From assembly GCA_029260905.1 (NCBI GenBank), contig JAJDCH010000003.1, forward strand, positions 1,553-65,552: DNA of 64,000 nt. The letters run 5' to 3'. Positions 18,242-28,174 of this stretch are shown piece after piece; positions within the stretch are counted from its first letter, which is position 1, and every line of letters starts with the position of its first letter. The translations under genes and the position numbers were made by a program. Below the pieces are notes generated by a model. That model worked only from the letters and a program-made list of their open reading frames with translations, was not told the DNA's origin and did no database searches. The DNA comes from Candidatus Levyibacteriota bacterium. Its GTDB lineage: Bacteria > Patescibacteriota > Microgenomatia > Levybacterales > UBA12049.

Positions 18242-19012
18242 ATGGCAAGTACAAAAGTAACAAAAGTTAAAAAAGTAGTTAAACAACCAGCGGTAAAAAC
18301 AGTAAAAAAGGATGCTATGAAAGAGGTGGTAAAATCTACTGTTTCATCGCCTATTAAGACTGATTCAAAAAACATCTCAATTGATGTTTATGATCTTTCA
18401 GGAAAGGTATCAGGTAAGATTTCTGTTTCAGCAGCAATATTTGGAGAAAAGGTTAATAAAACTCTGCTTGCTCAAGCGGTGAGAGTTTATCTGGCAAATA
18501 AAAGACAGGGAAATGCGAGCACAAAAACAAGAAGCGAAGTAGATGGCTCATCAAGGAAAATCTATAGACAAAAAGGTACTGGAAAAGCTCGTCACGGAAC
18601 ACTTCGAGCGCCTATTTTTGTAAAAGGTGGAATAGTGCATGGACCAAAACCAAGAGATTTTGGTCTTGATTTTCCAAAAAAGATGAGAAGAAAAGCTCTT
18701 TTCTCAGCTTTATCAGGAAAGCTTGTTGATGGAGAGATGAAAATCGTATCAGGTTTTGAAAAAATTGAAGGAAAGACAAAGAAATTTATTGCAGTTGCCC
18801 AAAAATTTGATCTTACTAAGAAAAAAACAAAAGTGCTTGTTGTTGCACCAGACAGTTTTAAAAATCTGATAAGAGCAACCAATAATGTTCAGGGTGTAAG
18901 TTTTACTGCGCCAAACAGACTCAATGCTTATGAGGTGATGAAGAATAGAAATGTTCTTTTTACAAAAGAAGCAATTTTAGATCTTGAAAAGCTTTATATA
19001 GGGGAAAAATAA
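18242..19012 (+). CDS. rplD: 50S ribosomal protein L4 with basic N-terminal extension
   Basis: RQGNASTKTRSEVDGSSRKIYRQKGTGKARHG. Confidence 0.97.
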   Translation: MASTKVTKVKKVVKQPAVKTVKKDAMKEVVKSTVSSPIKTDSKNISIDVYDLSGKVSGKISVSAAIFGEKVNKTLLAQAVRVYLANKRQGNASTKTRSEVDGSSRKIYRQKGTGKARHGTLRAPIFVKGGIVHGPKPRDFGLDFPKKMRRKALFSALSGKLVDGEMKIVSGFEKIEGKTKKFIAVAQKFDLTKKKTKVLVVAPDSFKNLIRATNNVQGVSFTAPNRLNAYEVMKNRNVLFTKEAILDLEKLYIGEK

Positions 19013-19014
19013 TT

Positions 19015-19326
19015 ATGCAAAACGTTATTATAAAACCAATAATTACAGAAAAATCAATGCAGGATACAGGTCTTGGTAAGTATTCATTTGAGGTTCATAG
19101 ATTTGCGACAAAGACAGAGGTTAAGAAAGCTATAAAAGACGCATTTGGAGTTCATGTTGTCTCGGTAGCAACGGTTGTTGTAAAGGGTAGGAGACAAAAA
19201 GTGGGCAAGAGAAGGATTGAGGTAAAATCAGCTGCAACAAAAAAGGCAACTGTTTTTCTTAAAAAAGGTGATAAGATATCAATTTTTGAATCAGGAACAG
19301 ATGAAAAAGAGAGTAAAAAGAAATAA
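19015..19326 (+). CDS. rplW: 50S ribosomal protein L23
   Basis: IIKPIITEKS, ATKTEVKKAI; operon position. Confidence 0.95.
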   Translation: MQNVIIKPIITEKSMQDTGLGKYSFEVHRFATKTEVKKAIKDAFGVHVVSVATVVVKGRRQKVGKRRIEVKSAATKKATVFLKKGDKISIFESGTDEKESKKK

Positions 19327-19329
19327 TCT

Positions 19330-20082
19330 ATGAAAAAGCTAAAAACAATAAAAAAGAAAAATTCAGGACGTGATGCATCAGGGCAGGTTTCTGTCCGTCA
19401 TCAGGGCGGAGAGCATAAGAGGTATTTGAGAAGTGTTGATTTTAAAAGAAATAAATTTGGAACAGTTGGAAAAGTTGTTTCAATTGAATATGATCCAAAT
19501 AGAACATGTGACGTAGCTCTTGTCCAATATGCAGATGGTGAAAAAAGATATATTCTTTCACCAAAAGGATTAAAGGTAGGACAAGAAATTGTTTCAGGAA
19601 AGGGATCTGATATTCAGATTGGAAACGCTCTTCCAATGTCTGAAATACCAGTCGGAAGCGTGATTCATAATCTTGAATTGACACCTGGAAAAGGAGGCCA
19701 AATTGTACGTGGGGCAGGAACAGGTGCTATAATATCAGCCAAAGAAGGTGTATATGTTCATGTTAAGCTTCCATCAGGCGAAATAAGAAAGATTTTGGCG
19801 CGAGCAATGGCCACAATTGGACAGCTTGGTAATGTTGATGTAAAAAACATGGTTATTGGGAAAGCAGGACGTGCTAGGAATATGGGAAGGAGACCAACTG
19901 TAAGAGGTGTTGCTCAGAATCCAAGATCTCATCCCCACGGAGGAGGAGAGGGTAGATCAGGTGTTGGTATGAAGTATCCAAAGACCTATGCAGGAGGAAA
20001 GGCAGTTGGAAATACAAGAAGAAAGAAAAAGTATTCTGATAAATATATTTTACAGAAAAGAAAGAATAAAAGAGGTCAATAA
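19330..20082 (+). CDS. rplB: 50S ribosomal protein L2 (N-terminally short)
   Basis: [23 protein letters not shown]. Confidence 0.97.
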   Translation: MKKLKTIKKKNSGRDASGQVSVRHQGGEHKRYLRSVDFKRNKFGTVGKVVSIEYDPNRTCDVALVQYADGEKRYILSPKGLKVGQEIVSGKGSDIQIGNALPMSEIPVGSVIHNLELTPGKGGQIVRGAGTGAIISAKEGVYVHVKLPSGEIRKILARAMATIGQLGNVDVKNMVIGKAGRARNMGRRPTVRGVAQNPRSHPHGGGEGRSGVGMKYPKTYAGGKAVGNTRRKKKYSDKYILQKRKNKRGQ

Positions 20083-20084
20083 TT

Positions 20085-20369
20085 ATGGGAAGAAGTATTA
20101 AAAAAGGACCATTTATAGATGAAAAGTTAATGAAGAAGGTTATGGCTGCGAAGCAGTCTGGTGGGCAGGTTGAGATTAAGACCTGGTCAAGAGCGTGTCA
20201 GATACCGCCTGAATTTGTGGGACATATATTCCTTGTTCATAACGGAAAGAATTTTATAAAAGTATCTGTTACAGAGAATATGGTTGGATATAGGCTCGGA
20301 GAGTTTTCGCCAACAAGACTCTTTAGAGGACATGGAAGAATTGTGGCAAGAGAAATTAGTAAGACCTAA
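20085..20369 (+). CDS. rpsS: 30S ribosomal protein S19
   Basis: [24 protein letters not shown]. Confidence 0.98.
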   Translation: MGRSIKKGPFIDEKLMKKVMAAKQSGGQVEIKTWSRACQIPPEFVGHIFLVHNGKNFIKVSVTENMVGYRLGEFSPTRLFRGHGRIVAREISKT

Positions 20370-20397
20370 CGAGTTTGAGGTAGAAAGTTTGTAAAGT

Positions 20398-20799
20398 ATG
20401 GAAATAAGAGCAATTGCAAAAAATATAAGAGTAAGTCCAAGGAAAGTTCGTTTAATAGCGGATGCTATAAGGAATTTGTCCATTGAAAAGGCGTTTATTG
20501 TTTTGTCAACAAATCAAAAAAGGGCAGCAGATCCCTTGAAGAAAACGCTTGAATCAGCAATAGCTAATGCTGTGAACAATAAGCAGATTGATAGAAATAA
20601 TCTTGTAATAGAAAGTATTCTCGTGGATGAGGGTCAGGCATTGAAAAGGTTTCATCCATCATCGCGCGGAAGGGTACATCCATACAAGAAAAAAAGTAGT
20701 CATATAGCTATAGTTTTGAAGGAAAAGCTTGGAAAAGTTTTAGCAACAGAAGTTAAGGCAGTTAATAAAAAAGAAGAAGAGAAAGGAGAAGAAAAATAA
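20398..20799 (+). CDS. rplV: 50S ribosomal protein L22
   Basis: RVSPRKVRLIADAIR, SAIANA, SSHI. Confidence 0.97.
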   Translation: MEIRAIAKNIRVSPRKVRLIADAIRNLSIEKAFIVLSTNQKRAADPLKKTLESAIANAVNNKQIDRNNLVIESILVDEGQALKRFHPSSRGRVHPYKKKSSHIAIVLKEKLGKVLATEVKAVNKKEEEKGEEK

Positions 20800-21443
20800 T
20801 GGGACAAAAAGTAAACCCACATGTAATAAGATTAAATAAGGTTCATACCTGGTCAAGCAGGTGGTTTAATGAGAAGCAATATAAAGAAACATTGATTCAG
20901 GATTTCAAACTTAGAAAAATGCTAATGGAAAAATTGAAGGGAGCTGGAGTGGCAGGAGTTGAGATTGAAAGATCGATTAATAGTCTTAGAATTGTGATTC
21001 ACGTATCTCGTCCTGGTATTGTGATTGGAAGAGGTGGATCAGGACTTGAAGAACTCAAAAAATCAATTGCAAAGTTGTTTGTAGGCGCAGAGAGTAAATT
21101 GAATCCAAAGTTGGATATAAGAGTTGAGCCTGTTAAAGAGCCAAATCTTGATGCGCATCTTGTAGCTGTAAGCGTTGCTGACCAGTTGATTAGAAGACTT
21201 CCGTTTAAGAGGGTTCTTGGGGCAACGGCAGAGCGAGTAATGAATGCAGGGGCTTTGGGTGTAAAAATCATGTTGTCTGGAAGAATTGCAGGATCTGAGA
21301 TTGCAAGAGTTGAAAAGGTTCATGTGGGTACGGTTCCACTGTCAACAATAAGAGCAAATATTCAATACGAATCATTGCCAGCTTTAACAAAGAAAGGTTA
21401 TATCGGAGTAAAGGTTTGGATAAACAAGTCAGAAGAAAAATAG
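20799..21443 (+). CDS. rpsC: 30S ribosomal protein S3
   Basis: MGQKVNP, RPGIVIGRGG, SGRIAGSEIAR, GVKVWI. Confidence 0.98.
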   Translation: MGQKVNPHVIRLNKVHTWSSRWFNEKQYKETLIQDFKLRKMLMEKLKGAGVAGVEIERSINSLRIVIHVSRPGIVIGRGGSGLEELKKSIAKLFVGAESKLNPKLDIRVEPVKEPNLDAHLVAVSVADQLIRRLPFKRVLGATAERVMNAGALGVKIMLSGRIAGSEIARVEKVHVGTVPLSTIRANIQYESLPALTKKGYIGVKVWINKSEEK

Positions 21444-21502
21444 CGATTAGCTATTAGCCGTCAGCTATCTGACTGTTAAAAGCTGAAAGCAGAAAACTAA
21501 TA
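21441..21502. repeat. Heptamer-repeat inverted-arm element (rpsC-rplP spacer)
   Basis: TAGCGAT TAGCTAT TAGCCGT CAGCTAT ... AAAGCTG AAAGCAG AAAACTA; the right arm approximates the reverse complement of the left. Confidence 0.65.
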
Positions 21503-21504
21503 TT

Positions 21505-21912
21505 ATGTTAACGCCAAAAAGACAAAAATATAGAAAACAGATGAGGGGGAAAATGAAGGGAAATTCTCTTAGAGGCTCAAGGCTTTCATTTGGAGATTTT
21601 GGACTTATGAGTATGGGAACAGGCTGGGTGAGTTCTCGTCAAATTGAAGCAGCAAGACGTGCGATTACTCATTATACCCAAAGAGGTGGTAGAATCTGGA
21701 TTAGGATTTTTCCTGATAAACCAGTTAGCAAGAAACCGCCAGAGGTAAGAATGGGAGGCGGAAAGGGTGATACAGCTGAGTTTGTCGCACCTGTAAGACC
21801 TGGAAGAATAATGTATGAGATGTCAGGTGTTACATCTGAAATTGCAAAAGAAGCATTAAGACTTGCATCACATAAGTTGCCAGTTAAAACAAGATTTGTA
21901 GAAAGAGGATAA
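21505..21912 (+). CDS. rplP: 50S ribosomal protein L16
   Basis: [34 protein letters not shown]. Confidence 0.98.
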   Translation: MLTPKRQKYRKQMRGKMKGNSLRGSRLSFGDFGLMSMGTGWVSSRQIEAARRAITHYTQRGGRIWIRIFPDKPVSKKPPEVRMGGGKGDTAEFVAPVRPGRIMYEMSGVTSEIAKEALRLASHKLPVKTRFVERG

Positions 21913-21915
21913 TTT

Positions 21916-22149
21916 ATGAAAACTAACGAAAAGAAAGAATTAAGAGCAAAAACAAAGACTGAACTTGAAAAAGGATTGAAAGATGCCAATAATGATTTGA
22001 GAAAAATGAAGCTTGAACATCAACAGGCAAAACTAAAAAATACAAGTTCTATTACAAATCAGAGAAAAAGAATCGCTGTGATAAAATCAATCCTTAAAGA
22101 AAAATCAGTCATTGATGAAGTTTCAGTGGACAAGGGGGGAGGGAAATAG
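21916..22149 (+). CDS. rpmC: 50S ribosomal protein L29
   Basis: KELR...LKNTSSI...RKRIAVIKS; operon position. Confidence 0.9.
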   Translation: MKTNEKKELRAKTKTELEKGLKDANNDLRKMKLEHQQAKLKNTSSITNQRKRIAVIKSILKEKSVIDEVSVDKGGGK

Positions 22150-22150
22150 T

Positions 22151-22393
22151 ATGGCAAAAGTATTAACAGGAATAATAATTTCAACAAAAATGAAAGGAAC
22201 AGTTATAGTTGAGGTGACAAGACGAGTTCCTCATGTGCTTTACAAAAAGCTTCTCAAAAAGAGCAAGAAGTATAAGGTAGACACAAACGGAAAAGAAGTT
22301 GTTGTTGGTCAGGAAGTAAAGATAGAAGAAATAAAACCAATGTCAAAAGAAAAATATTTCAAAATTATTGAAGTAAAAGGAGGAAAGAAGTAG
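22151..22393 (+). CDS. rpsQ: 30S ribosomal protein S17
   Basis: LTGIIISTKMKGTVIV, HVLYKK, KPMSKEK; start ATG 22151. Confidence 0.95.
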   Translation: MAKVLTGIIISTKMKGTVIVEVTRRVPHVLYKKLLKKSKKYKVDTNGKEVVVGQEVKIEEIKPMSKEKYFKIIEVKGGKK

Positions 22394-22397
22394 TTGA

Positions 22398-22472
22398 TCT
22401 AATTTCTAATTAATCTAATTGACTTAAGAAGTCATTTAGAAATTAGAATCATTAGAGCAATTATAAATTTTA
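22398..22472. repeat. TCTAATT/AATTAGA repeat inverted-arm hairpin (rpsQ-rplN spacer)
   Basis: TCTAATT TCTAATT AA TCTAATT GACTT-AAG-AAGTC ATTTAGA AATTAGA ATCATTAGA GC AATTATA. Confidence 0.62.
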
Positions 22473-22476
22473 AGAT

Positions 22477-22851
22477 ATGATTCAACAGAGAAGTATACTA
22501 AATGCAGCAGATAACTCGGGTGCTAAAAAATTGGTAGTCATTCAGGTGTATGGTGGATCGAAAAGAAAATTCGGAAGAATTGGAGATGTGATTCATTGCG
22601 TAGCCAAAGAAGCTGTTCCAAATGGTCAGGTCAAGGACAGTGAAATGGTTAAAGCAGTTATTGTCAGAACTAAAAAAGAATTCAGAAGAAAAGATGGATC
22701 ATATATAAGATTTTCTGATAATGCAGCAGTTGTTATCGATAACCAAAAAGATAAAAACGTCAGGGGTACACGTATTTTTGGTCCAATAGCAAGGGAAGTA
22801 AGAGATAGAGGATATTTAAAAATTGCTAGTATGGCAGTAGAGGTTTTATAA
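22477..22851 (+). CDS. rplN: 50S ribosomal protein L14
   Basis: [31 protein letters not shown]. Confidence 0.98.
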   Translation: MIQQRSILNAADNSGAKKLVVIQVYGGSKRKFGRIGDVIHCVAKEAVPNGQVKDSEMVKAVIVRTKKEFRRKDGSYIRFSDNAAVVIDNQKDKNVRGTRIFGPIAREVRDRGYLKIASMAVEVL

Positions 22852-22855
22852 AATT

Positions 22856-23161
22856 ATGAAATTACTAAAAGGAGATACAGTTAATGTTTTAAGAGGAAAG
22901 GATTCAGGAAAAACTGGAAAGGTGGAAAGGGTTTTTTCAAAAACAGGAAAAGTCGTTGTTGAAGGTGTTAATCAATATAAAAGACACGTTAAGGGGAGAA
23001 TGCCTGGACAGAAATCAGAAATAATTACTCTCACAAAGCCTATGTCTGCAGCAAACGTTGTCTTGGTTTGTCCAAAATGTAAAAAAGCAACAAGAGTTGG
23101 CTATAAAGTATTAAAAGGAGATAAGACAAGGGTTTGTAAGAAATGCAAAAAGGAAATATAA
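22856..23161 (+). CDS. rplX: 50S ribosomal protein L24 (CxxC...CxxC form)
   Basis: KGDTV...GKDSGKTGKV...VVVEGVN; CPKC and CKKC. Confidence 0.96.
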   Translation: MKLLKGDTVNVLRGKDSGKTGKVERVFSKTGKVVVEGVNQYKRHVKGRMPGQKSEIITLTKPMSAANVVLVCPKCKKATRVGYKVLKGDKTRVCKKCKKEI

Positions 23162-23163
23162 TT

Positions 23164-23706
23164 ATGAATTTAAAAGAAAAATACAACAAAGAAATAGTTA
23201 AAAAAATTCAGGAAAAACTGAAGATTAAGAATCTAATGAGTGTTCCTGTTGTCAAAAAAATCGTAATAAACATGGGTGTTAAGGACGCTGTTGCTGATAA
23301 AAAAAGCGTTGAGAAGATGGCTGAGATTATGGCTGTTATTACTGGGCAAAAAGCGAAAGTCACAAAAGCAAAAAAGGCTATTGCAAGTTTTAAGCTAAGA
23401 ATAGGTGATCCAATTGGGCTTGTTGTGACACTCAGGGGAAAAAGAATGTACGAATTTTATGACAAACTAGTAAAAATTGTTTTGCCTCGTGTTAAGGATT
23501 TTAGAGGGGTTGGAAGAAATAGTTTTGATGGTCAGGGAAACTATACTTTGGGGCTTTCTGAATATTCAGTATTTCCTGAGATTGATCCTGGATCTGTTGA
23601 GAAACTTCAGGGGCTCGAGATCGTAATTGTTACAAGCGCAAAAGATAAAGAAGAGTCTTATGTTCTTCTTGAAGAGATGGGAATGCCTTTTGCAAAAGAA
23701 AAATAA
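23164..23706 (+). CDS. rplE: 50S ribosomal protein L5
   Basis: KIVINMGV, ITGQK, VTLRG, LPRVKDFRG, FDGQGNY, FPEI. Confidence 0.98.
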   Translation: MNLKEKYNKEIVKKIQEKLKIKNLMSVPVVKKIVINMGVKDAVADKKSVEKMAEIMAVITGQKAKVTKAKKAIASFKLRIGDPIGLVVTLRGKRMYEFYDKLVKIVLPRVKDFRGVGRNSFDGQGNYTLGLSEYSVFPEIDPGSVEKLQGLEIVIVTSAKDKEESYVLLEEMGMPFAKEK

Positions 23707-23750
23707 GCACACTAGGCACAAAATTGTGGTATAATTATTAATCTAAAAAT

Positions 23751-23936
23751 ATGGCTAAAAAATCAAGCATAGTTAAGTTTTTAAAAAAGCAGAAATTCAC
23801 AGTACGTGATGTAAATCGTTGTGCTATTTGTGGCAGAACAAGAGCTTATATGAGAAGGTTTGGACTATGTAGAATTTGTTTTAGAGAAAGAGCACTGAAA
23901 GGAGAATTGCCTGGAGTATTAAAGGCGAGCTGGTAA
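23751..23936 (+). CDS. rpsN: 30S ribosomal protein S14, zinc-binding type Z (rpsZ)
   Basis: 61 aa; RCAICGR...[10 protein letters not shown]...[11 protein letters not shown]. Confidence 0.97.
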   Translation: MAKKSSIVKFLKKQKFTVRDVNRCAICGRTRAYMRRFGLCRICFRERALKGELPGVLKASW

Positions 23937-23940
23937 ATAT

Positions 23941-24321
23941 ATGTATATAGATTTTGTTATTCAATTAAAAAATGCGGCACTTGCAAGGAAAAAGTTGGTT
24001 ACGACTAATTTTGCAAACCTTGATAAGGCTATTTCAAAAGTTCTCGTTAAAGAGGGTTTTTTAGATTCAGTAACTGATGAAAAATTAGGAACTCAAAAAA
24101 TGCTTACTGCTAAGCTTAGATATCACAGGAGAAGACCTGTTATAACAGGAGTTGAGCTTGTTTCAAAGCCATCACTTAGAGTTTATGTGGAGTCAAAAGA
24201 TATTGCAAAAAAGCAAGGTGGATCATCAATTGCAGTTATATCAACAAATCAAGGAGTAATGACAGGAAAGGAGGCAGTTAAAAAAGGCGTAGGCGGTGAA
24301 ATGTTATTCAAGATCTGGTAA
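23941..24321 (+). CDS. rpsH: 30S ribosomal protein S8
   Basis: VLVKEGFL, VSKPSLRVY, ISTNQGVMT, GVGGE. Confidence 0.95.
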   Translation: MYIDFVIQLKNAALARKKLVTTNFANLDKAISKVLVKEGFLDSVTDEKLGTQKMLTAKLRYHRRRPVITGVELVSKPSLRVYVESKDIAKKQGGSSIAVISTNQGVMTGKEAVKKGVGGEMLFKIW

Positions 24322-24424
24322 ACAGTTTTTGTATATGTATTTTCAATACGTCAAATATTAAAGGTTAAAATTAAATAGTAGAAATTTTTAATTCTTTTAT
24401 ATTTTATTTTTTATTTATTACCTT

Positions 24425-24979
24425 ATGTCAAAAATAGGAAAAATGCCAATTGTAATTCCTGAAGGTGTAAATGTATCAGTCCAGGGAAAAGATGTAAGTA
24501 TTACTGGCGCAAAGGGAAATACTATCTATATTGTAAACAATGGTGTAGATGTGGTAGTTGAAGAAGGTAAGATAGTGGTGAGTGCAAAAAAACAAGATGT
24601 TGATAAAAAGATAAGAGCGCTTTTTGGTTTGACCCGTGCAAATCTAGCAAATATTGTAAAAGGAGTTAGTATAGGATTTGAGAAAAAACTTGAGATGGTT
24701 GGTGTTGGTTATCGTGCGCAAGTTCAGGGTGCTGATTTGGTTCTGTCTCTTGGATTTGCACATCCTGTTAAGTTTAGTCAAGTTCAGGGAATTACTTTTT
24801 CGGTTGATGAAAACAAAATTACAATATCTGGTACAGATAAGGTCTTGGTGGGAGAGATGGCAGCAAGGATAAGAGCTACCAAGCCGCCAGAGCCTTATAA
24901 AGGAAAAGGAATAAAATATGTAGGTGAGAGAATAAGGAGAAAAGCAGGTAAGGCTGCAAAAGCAGCAGGCGCAAAGTAA
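24425..24979 (+). CDS. rplF: 50S ribosomal protein L6
   Basis: MSKIGKMPI, GVGYRA, PPEPYKGKGI. Confidence 0.98.
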   Translation: MSKIGKMPIVIPEGVNVSVQGKDVSITGAKGNTIYIVNNGVDVVVEEGKIVVSAKKQDVDKKIRALFGLTRANLANIVKGVSIGFEKKLEMVGVGYRAQVQGADLVLSLGFAHPVKFSQVQGITFSVDENKITISGTDKVLVGEMAARIRATKPPEPYKGKGIKYVGERIRRKAGKAAKAAGAK

Positions 24980-25017
24980 TGGTTGGTAATTAGAGAATTA
25001 ATTAGTTAATTATAAAT

Positions 25018-25362
25018 ATGAAAAATATATTATCAAAAATTCAAAGACAGACAAGAATACGTAAGAAAGCTGGCAACGTATCTGAAAGACCAAGACTTAG
25101 TGTTTTTAGATCAAATAAATATATATATGCGCAAATTATAGATAAAAAAGGCGATACTATCTTAGGTGTTACGGAAAAACAGTTAGACTTGAAAGAGAAA
25201 TCAACTCCTACTGAGAAGGCAAAGAAATTAGGAGCTGAGATTGCAAAGAAGGCACTTTCTAAAAAAATAAGTGAGGTAGCCTTTGATAAAGGAAGATTTT
25301 CATACCATGGACGGATAAAAGCTGTTGCAGAGGGAGCAAGAGAAGGGGGGCTTAAGTTTTAA
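25018..25362 (+). CDS. rplR: 50S ribosomal protein L18
   Basis: RPRLSVFRSNKYIYAQII, YHGRIKAVAEGAREGGLKF. Confidence 0.97.
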   Translation: MKNILSKIQRQTRIRKKAGNVSERPRLSVFRSNKYIYAQIIDKKGDTILGVTEKQLDLKEKSTPTEKAKKLGAEIAKKALSKKISEVAFDKGRFSYHGRIKAVAEGAREGGLKF

Positions 25363-25369
25363 TTTTAAT

Positions 25370-25906
25370 ATGAACGGACAAAATCAAAATCAGAATAGAA
25401 ATAATAATCAAGGCAGAGGACAATTTGTTAGAACTCCAAGTGAATTTGATGAGCAGGTTGTTCAAATCAGCAGAGTTTCTAAAAAAACAAAAGGTGGAAA
25501 TAAGGTTGGATTCTCAGCTCTAACTGTAGTTGGAGATAAAAAAGGCAAAGTCGGAGTAGGTCTAGGGAAAGCTCCTGACGTAGCAGGTGCGATAAGAAAA
25601 GGAATGAGTCATTCAAAAAAGAACATGATTCAGGTGCCAATCGTTAATGGAACAATTCCATTTAGAATTGATATCAAATTAGGGGCAGCAAAAATAATGT
25701 TGAAACCTGCTCCTCAGGGATCAGGTGTTATTGCGGGTGGTGCCGTTCGTGCTGTTGTTGAGGCATGCGGAATTGAGAACATATCATCAAAAATTCTTGG
25801 AACCAATAATAAAATCAGCAATATATATGCAACCGTTGAGGCATTAAAAAGAATTTCAGAAAAAGCTGGCAGAGAAAAAGCAAGAAAGGAAACAAAAGAA
25901 AAATGA
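25370..25906 (+). CDS. rpsE: 30S ribosomal protein S5
   Basis: RVSKKTKGG, VVGDKKGKVGVGLGKA, GSGVIAGG; start ATG 25370. Confidence 0.97.
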   Translation: MNGQNQNQNRNNNQGRGQFVRTPSEFDEQVVQISRVSKKTKGGNKVGFSALTVVGDKKGKVGVGLGKAPDVAGAIRKGMSHSKKNMIQVPIVNGTIPFRIDIKLGAAKIMLKPAPQGSGVIAGGAVRAVVEACGIENISSKILGTNNKISNIYATVEALKRISEKAGREKARKETKEK

Positions 25907-26343
25907 ATTTGTCAGATCTTACAAAAATAAAATCAAAGAGTAAAAAAAGAGCGGGGCTTGGGCATGGATCAGGTCGTGGAAAGACAGCGGGTCGTGGTAT
26001 GAAAGGACAGAAATCAAGGAGTAAGGTTCCGCTTGATTTTGAAGGGGGAGCACTACCTCTTATTAAAAGACTTCCATTTCTTCGTGGAAAAGGTCGCAAC
26101 AAGGCTTTAAAGCTGAAAAAACTTGTAATAAATATTGGCGCTTTGAATATTTTTTCAAAAAACGCTACAGTTGATATAGAGACGCTTATTGGCAAGAAGT
26201 TGATTGATCCGGAGCTGGCAAAAAAATCTGGAGTAAAAGTTTTGGGTGATGGAGATTTGAACATACCTCTTAATGTTAAACTTCCTGTTTCTAAAGGTGC
26301 TGAAAAGAAAATAAAAAAAGCTGGTGGTAGCGTAATTGCATGA
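25903..26343 (+). CDS. rplO: 50S ribosomal protein L15
   Basis: GHGSGRGKTAGRGMKGQKSR, FEGG, VKVLGDG. Confidence 0.97.
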   Translation: MNLSDLTKIKSKSKKRAGLGHGSGRGKTAGRGMKGQKSRSKVPLDFEGGALPLIKRLPFLRGKGRNKALKLKKLVINIGALNIFSKNATVDIETLIGKKLIDPELAKKSGVKVLGDGDLNIPLNVKLPVSKGAEKKIKKAGGSVIA

Positions 26344-27623
26344 ATTTTTTAGAAACCCTCAAGAAAAGCATTAAATCTCCTGATTTAAGGAAGAAAATCG
26401 TATTTACTTTTGGTATTTTCATTGTTTTTAGATTTTTGGCACACGTTCCAGTGGGTGGGGTTAATACTGTTGCTCTCAAAAATCTTTTTGCGGGAAATCA
26501 ATTCCTAGGACTTCTAAATATTTTTTCAGGTGGGACATTGGCCAATTTTTCAATAATGGCGCTTGGTCTTGGTCCTTATATTAATGCAAGCATCATTATG
26601 CAGCTTCTAACCATGGTTTTCCCTAAGCTTGAAGAATTGCAGCAGGAGGGTCCATCTGGACAGAGAAAAATCAATCAATACACAAGAGTTTTATCAATAC
26701 CGCTTAGCGTGCTTCAATCAATTGGTATGTATGCGCTTTTAAGATCTCAGGGAATAATAGATGTGTTGAGTCCGCTTTCATTTATATCATTTGCCTTAAC
26801 CATGACTGCAGGTACTATTTTTCTTGTTTGGCTTGGGGAGTTGATAACAGAGCGGGGTGTTGGACAGGGAATATCTATTCTTATTTTTGCAGGAATCATC
26901 GGGCAACTTCCCGTTGTGGCTGTTCAGACATTCTCAACAATTACACCTGAGACATTATTTAATATGCTGACATTTGTTGTTTTGGGTCTTCTTGTTATCT
27001 CCTCAATTATTGTTGTGACAGAGGCAACTCGAAAAATTCAGGTACATTATGCAAGACGTGTAAGAGGAAATAAGATGCAGGGGGGGGACTCAACCCATCT
27101 TCCTTTGAGACTTAATCAAGCCGGTGTTATACCGATTATTTTTGCTGTTTCAATAGTTCTCATGCCATCGCTTATTGCCAACTTTATGCTTAGTTCAAAA
27201 AATCCTGATTTGGTTGTGATAGCCCAAAACATAAATACCTGGTTTGCTCCAACTGGTATTTTTTACAACATATTTTATTTTCTACTTGTTGTTGCTTTTA
27301 CTTTCTTTTATACGGCAATTGTTTTTAATCCTGCAAAGATCTCAGAACAGATTCAAAAGCATGGAGGATTTATCCCTGGAGTAAGACCGGGTACGCCAAC
27401 TACAAAATATCTAAATTATATTTTAACAAGAATTACTTTGGTTGGGGCATCATTCTTGGGTCTTGTGGCTATACTTCCTGAAGTCGCAAGGTCATTAACA
27501 GGTGTTCAAACACTTCTTCTTGGTGGAACCAGTATACTTATTGTTGTGAGTGTTGTTCTTGAAGTATTTAAAAATATAGAATCAAACCTCGTGATGCGAA
27601 ATTACGAAGCCTTCCTAAAATAA
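26340..27623 (+). CDS. secY: Preprotein translocase subunit SecY
   Basis: SIMALGLGPYINASIIMQLL, GVIPIIFA, FIPGVRPG, GGTSILIVV. Confidence 0.98.
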   Translation: MNFLETLKKSIKSPDLRKKIVFTFGIFIVFRFLAHVPVGGVNTVALKNLFAGNQFLGLLNIFSGGTLANFSIMALGLGPYINASIIMQLLTMVFPKLEELQQEGPSGQRKINQYTRVLSIPLSVLQSIGMYALLRSQGIIDVLSPLSFISFALTMTAGTIFLVWLGELITERGVGQGISILIFAGIIGQLPVVAVQTFSTITPETLFNMLTFVVLGLLVISSIIVVTEATRKIQVHYARRVRGNKMQGGDSTHLPLRLNQAGVIPIIFAVSIVLMPSLIANFMLSSKNPDLVVIAQNINTWFAPTGIFYNIFYFLLVVAFTFFYTAIVFNPAKISEQIQKHGGFIPGVRPGTPTTKYLNYILTRITLVGASFLGLVAILPEVARSLTGVQTLLLGGTSILIVVSVVLEVFKNIESNLVMRNYEAFLK

Positions 27624-27625
27624 TT

Positions 27626-28174
27626 ATGAAATTAGTATTACTTGGAATTCAAGGATCAGGAAAATCAACTCAGGGAAGTCTTTTAAGCAGTAGTTTTACT
27701 ATACCCTATATATCAACAGGTAATATTTTTAGGGAAATTGCAAAGGAAAAAACAAAGCTTGGACGGGAAATAAAAGAGGTTATGAATGCAGGCTTCCTAA
27801 TCCCTGATGAAAAGACAATTGAAGTAGTCAATGATTATCTAAAACGATCTGAGTATGCAGATGGATATATTATAGATGGATTCCCAAGAACATTGGTTCA
27901 AGCTGAGGCATTTGTAGATGGAGCTGACAAGGTTATCTATCTTGAATTGTCAGATAAAGAGGCTTTGAGACGAATCTCAAAAAGAAATGATATGCGTGAT
28001 GATGAAACACCAGACGCAATAAAAAAAAGAATTGAGTCATTTCATAAATTCACAAAACCCGTTCTTAAGTATTATGAGAAAAAAAATCAGTTAATAAGGG
28101 TTGATGGATCAGAAGCAGTCGAGAAGATATTTGATCAGATCAAGCAAAGACTTGAAAGCAAAAGGTCATTATGA
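27626..28174 (+). CDS. adk: Adenylate kinase (short, LID-less type)
   Basis: GIQGSGKSTQ P-loop, ISTGNIFR, DGFPRT, RDDE. Confidence 0.93.
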   Translation: MKLVLLGIQGSGKSTQGSLLSSSFTIPYISTGNIFREIAKEKTKLGREIKEVMNAGFLIPDEKTIEVVNDYLKRSEYADGYIIDGFPRTLVQAEAFVDGADKVIYLELSDKEALRRISKRNDMRDDETPDAIKKRIESFHKFTKPVLKYYEKKNQLIRVDGSEAVEKIFDQIKQRLESKRSL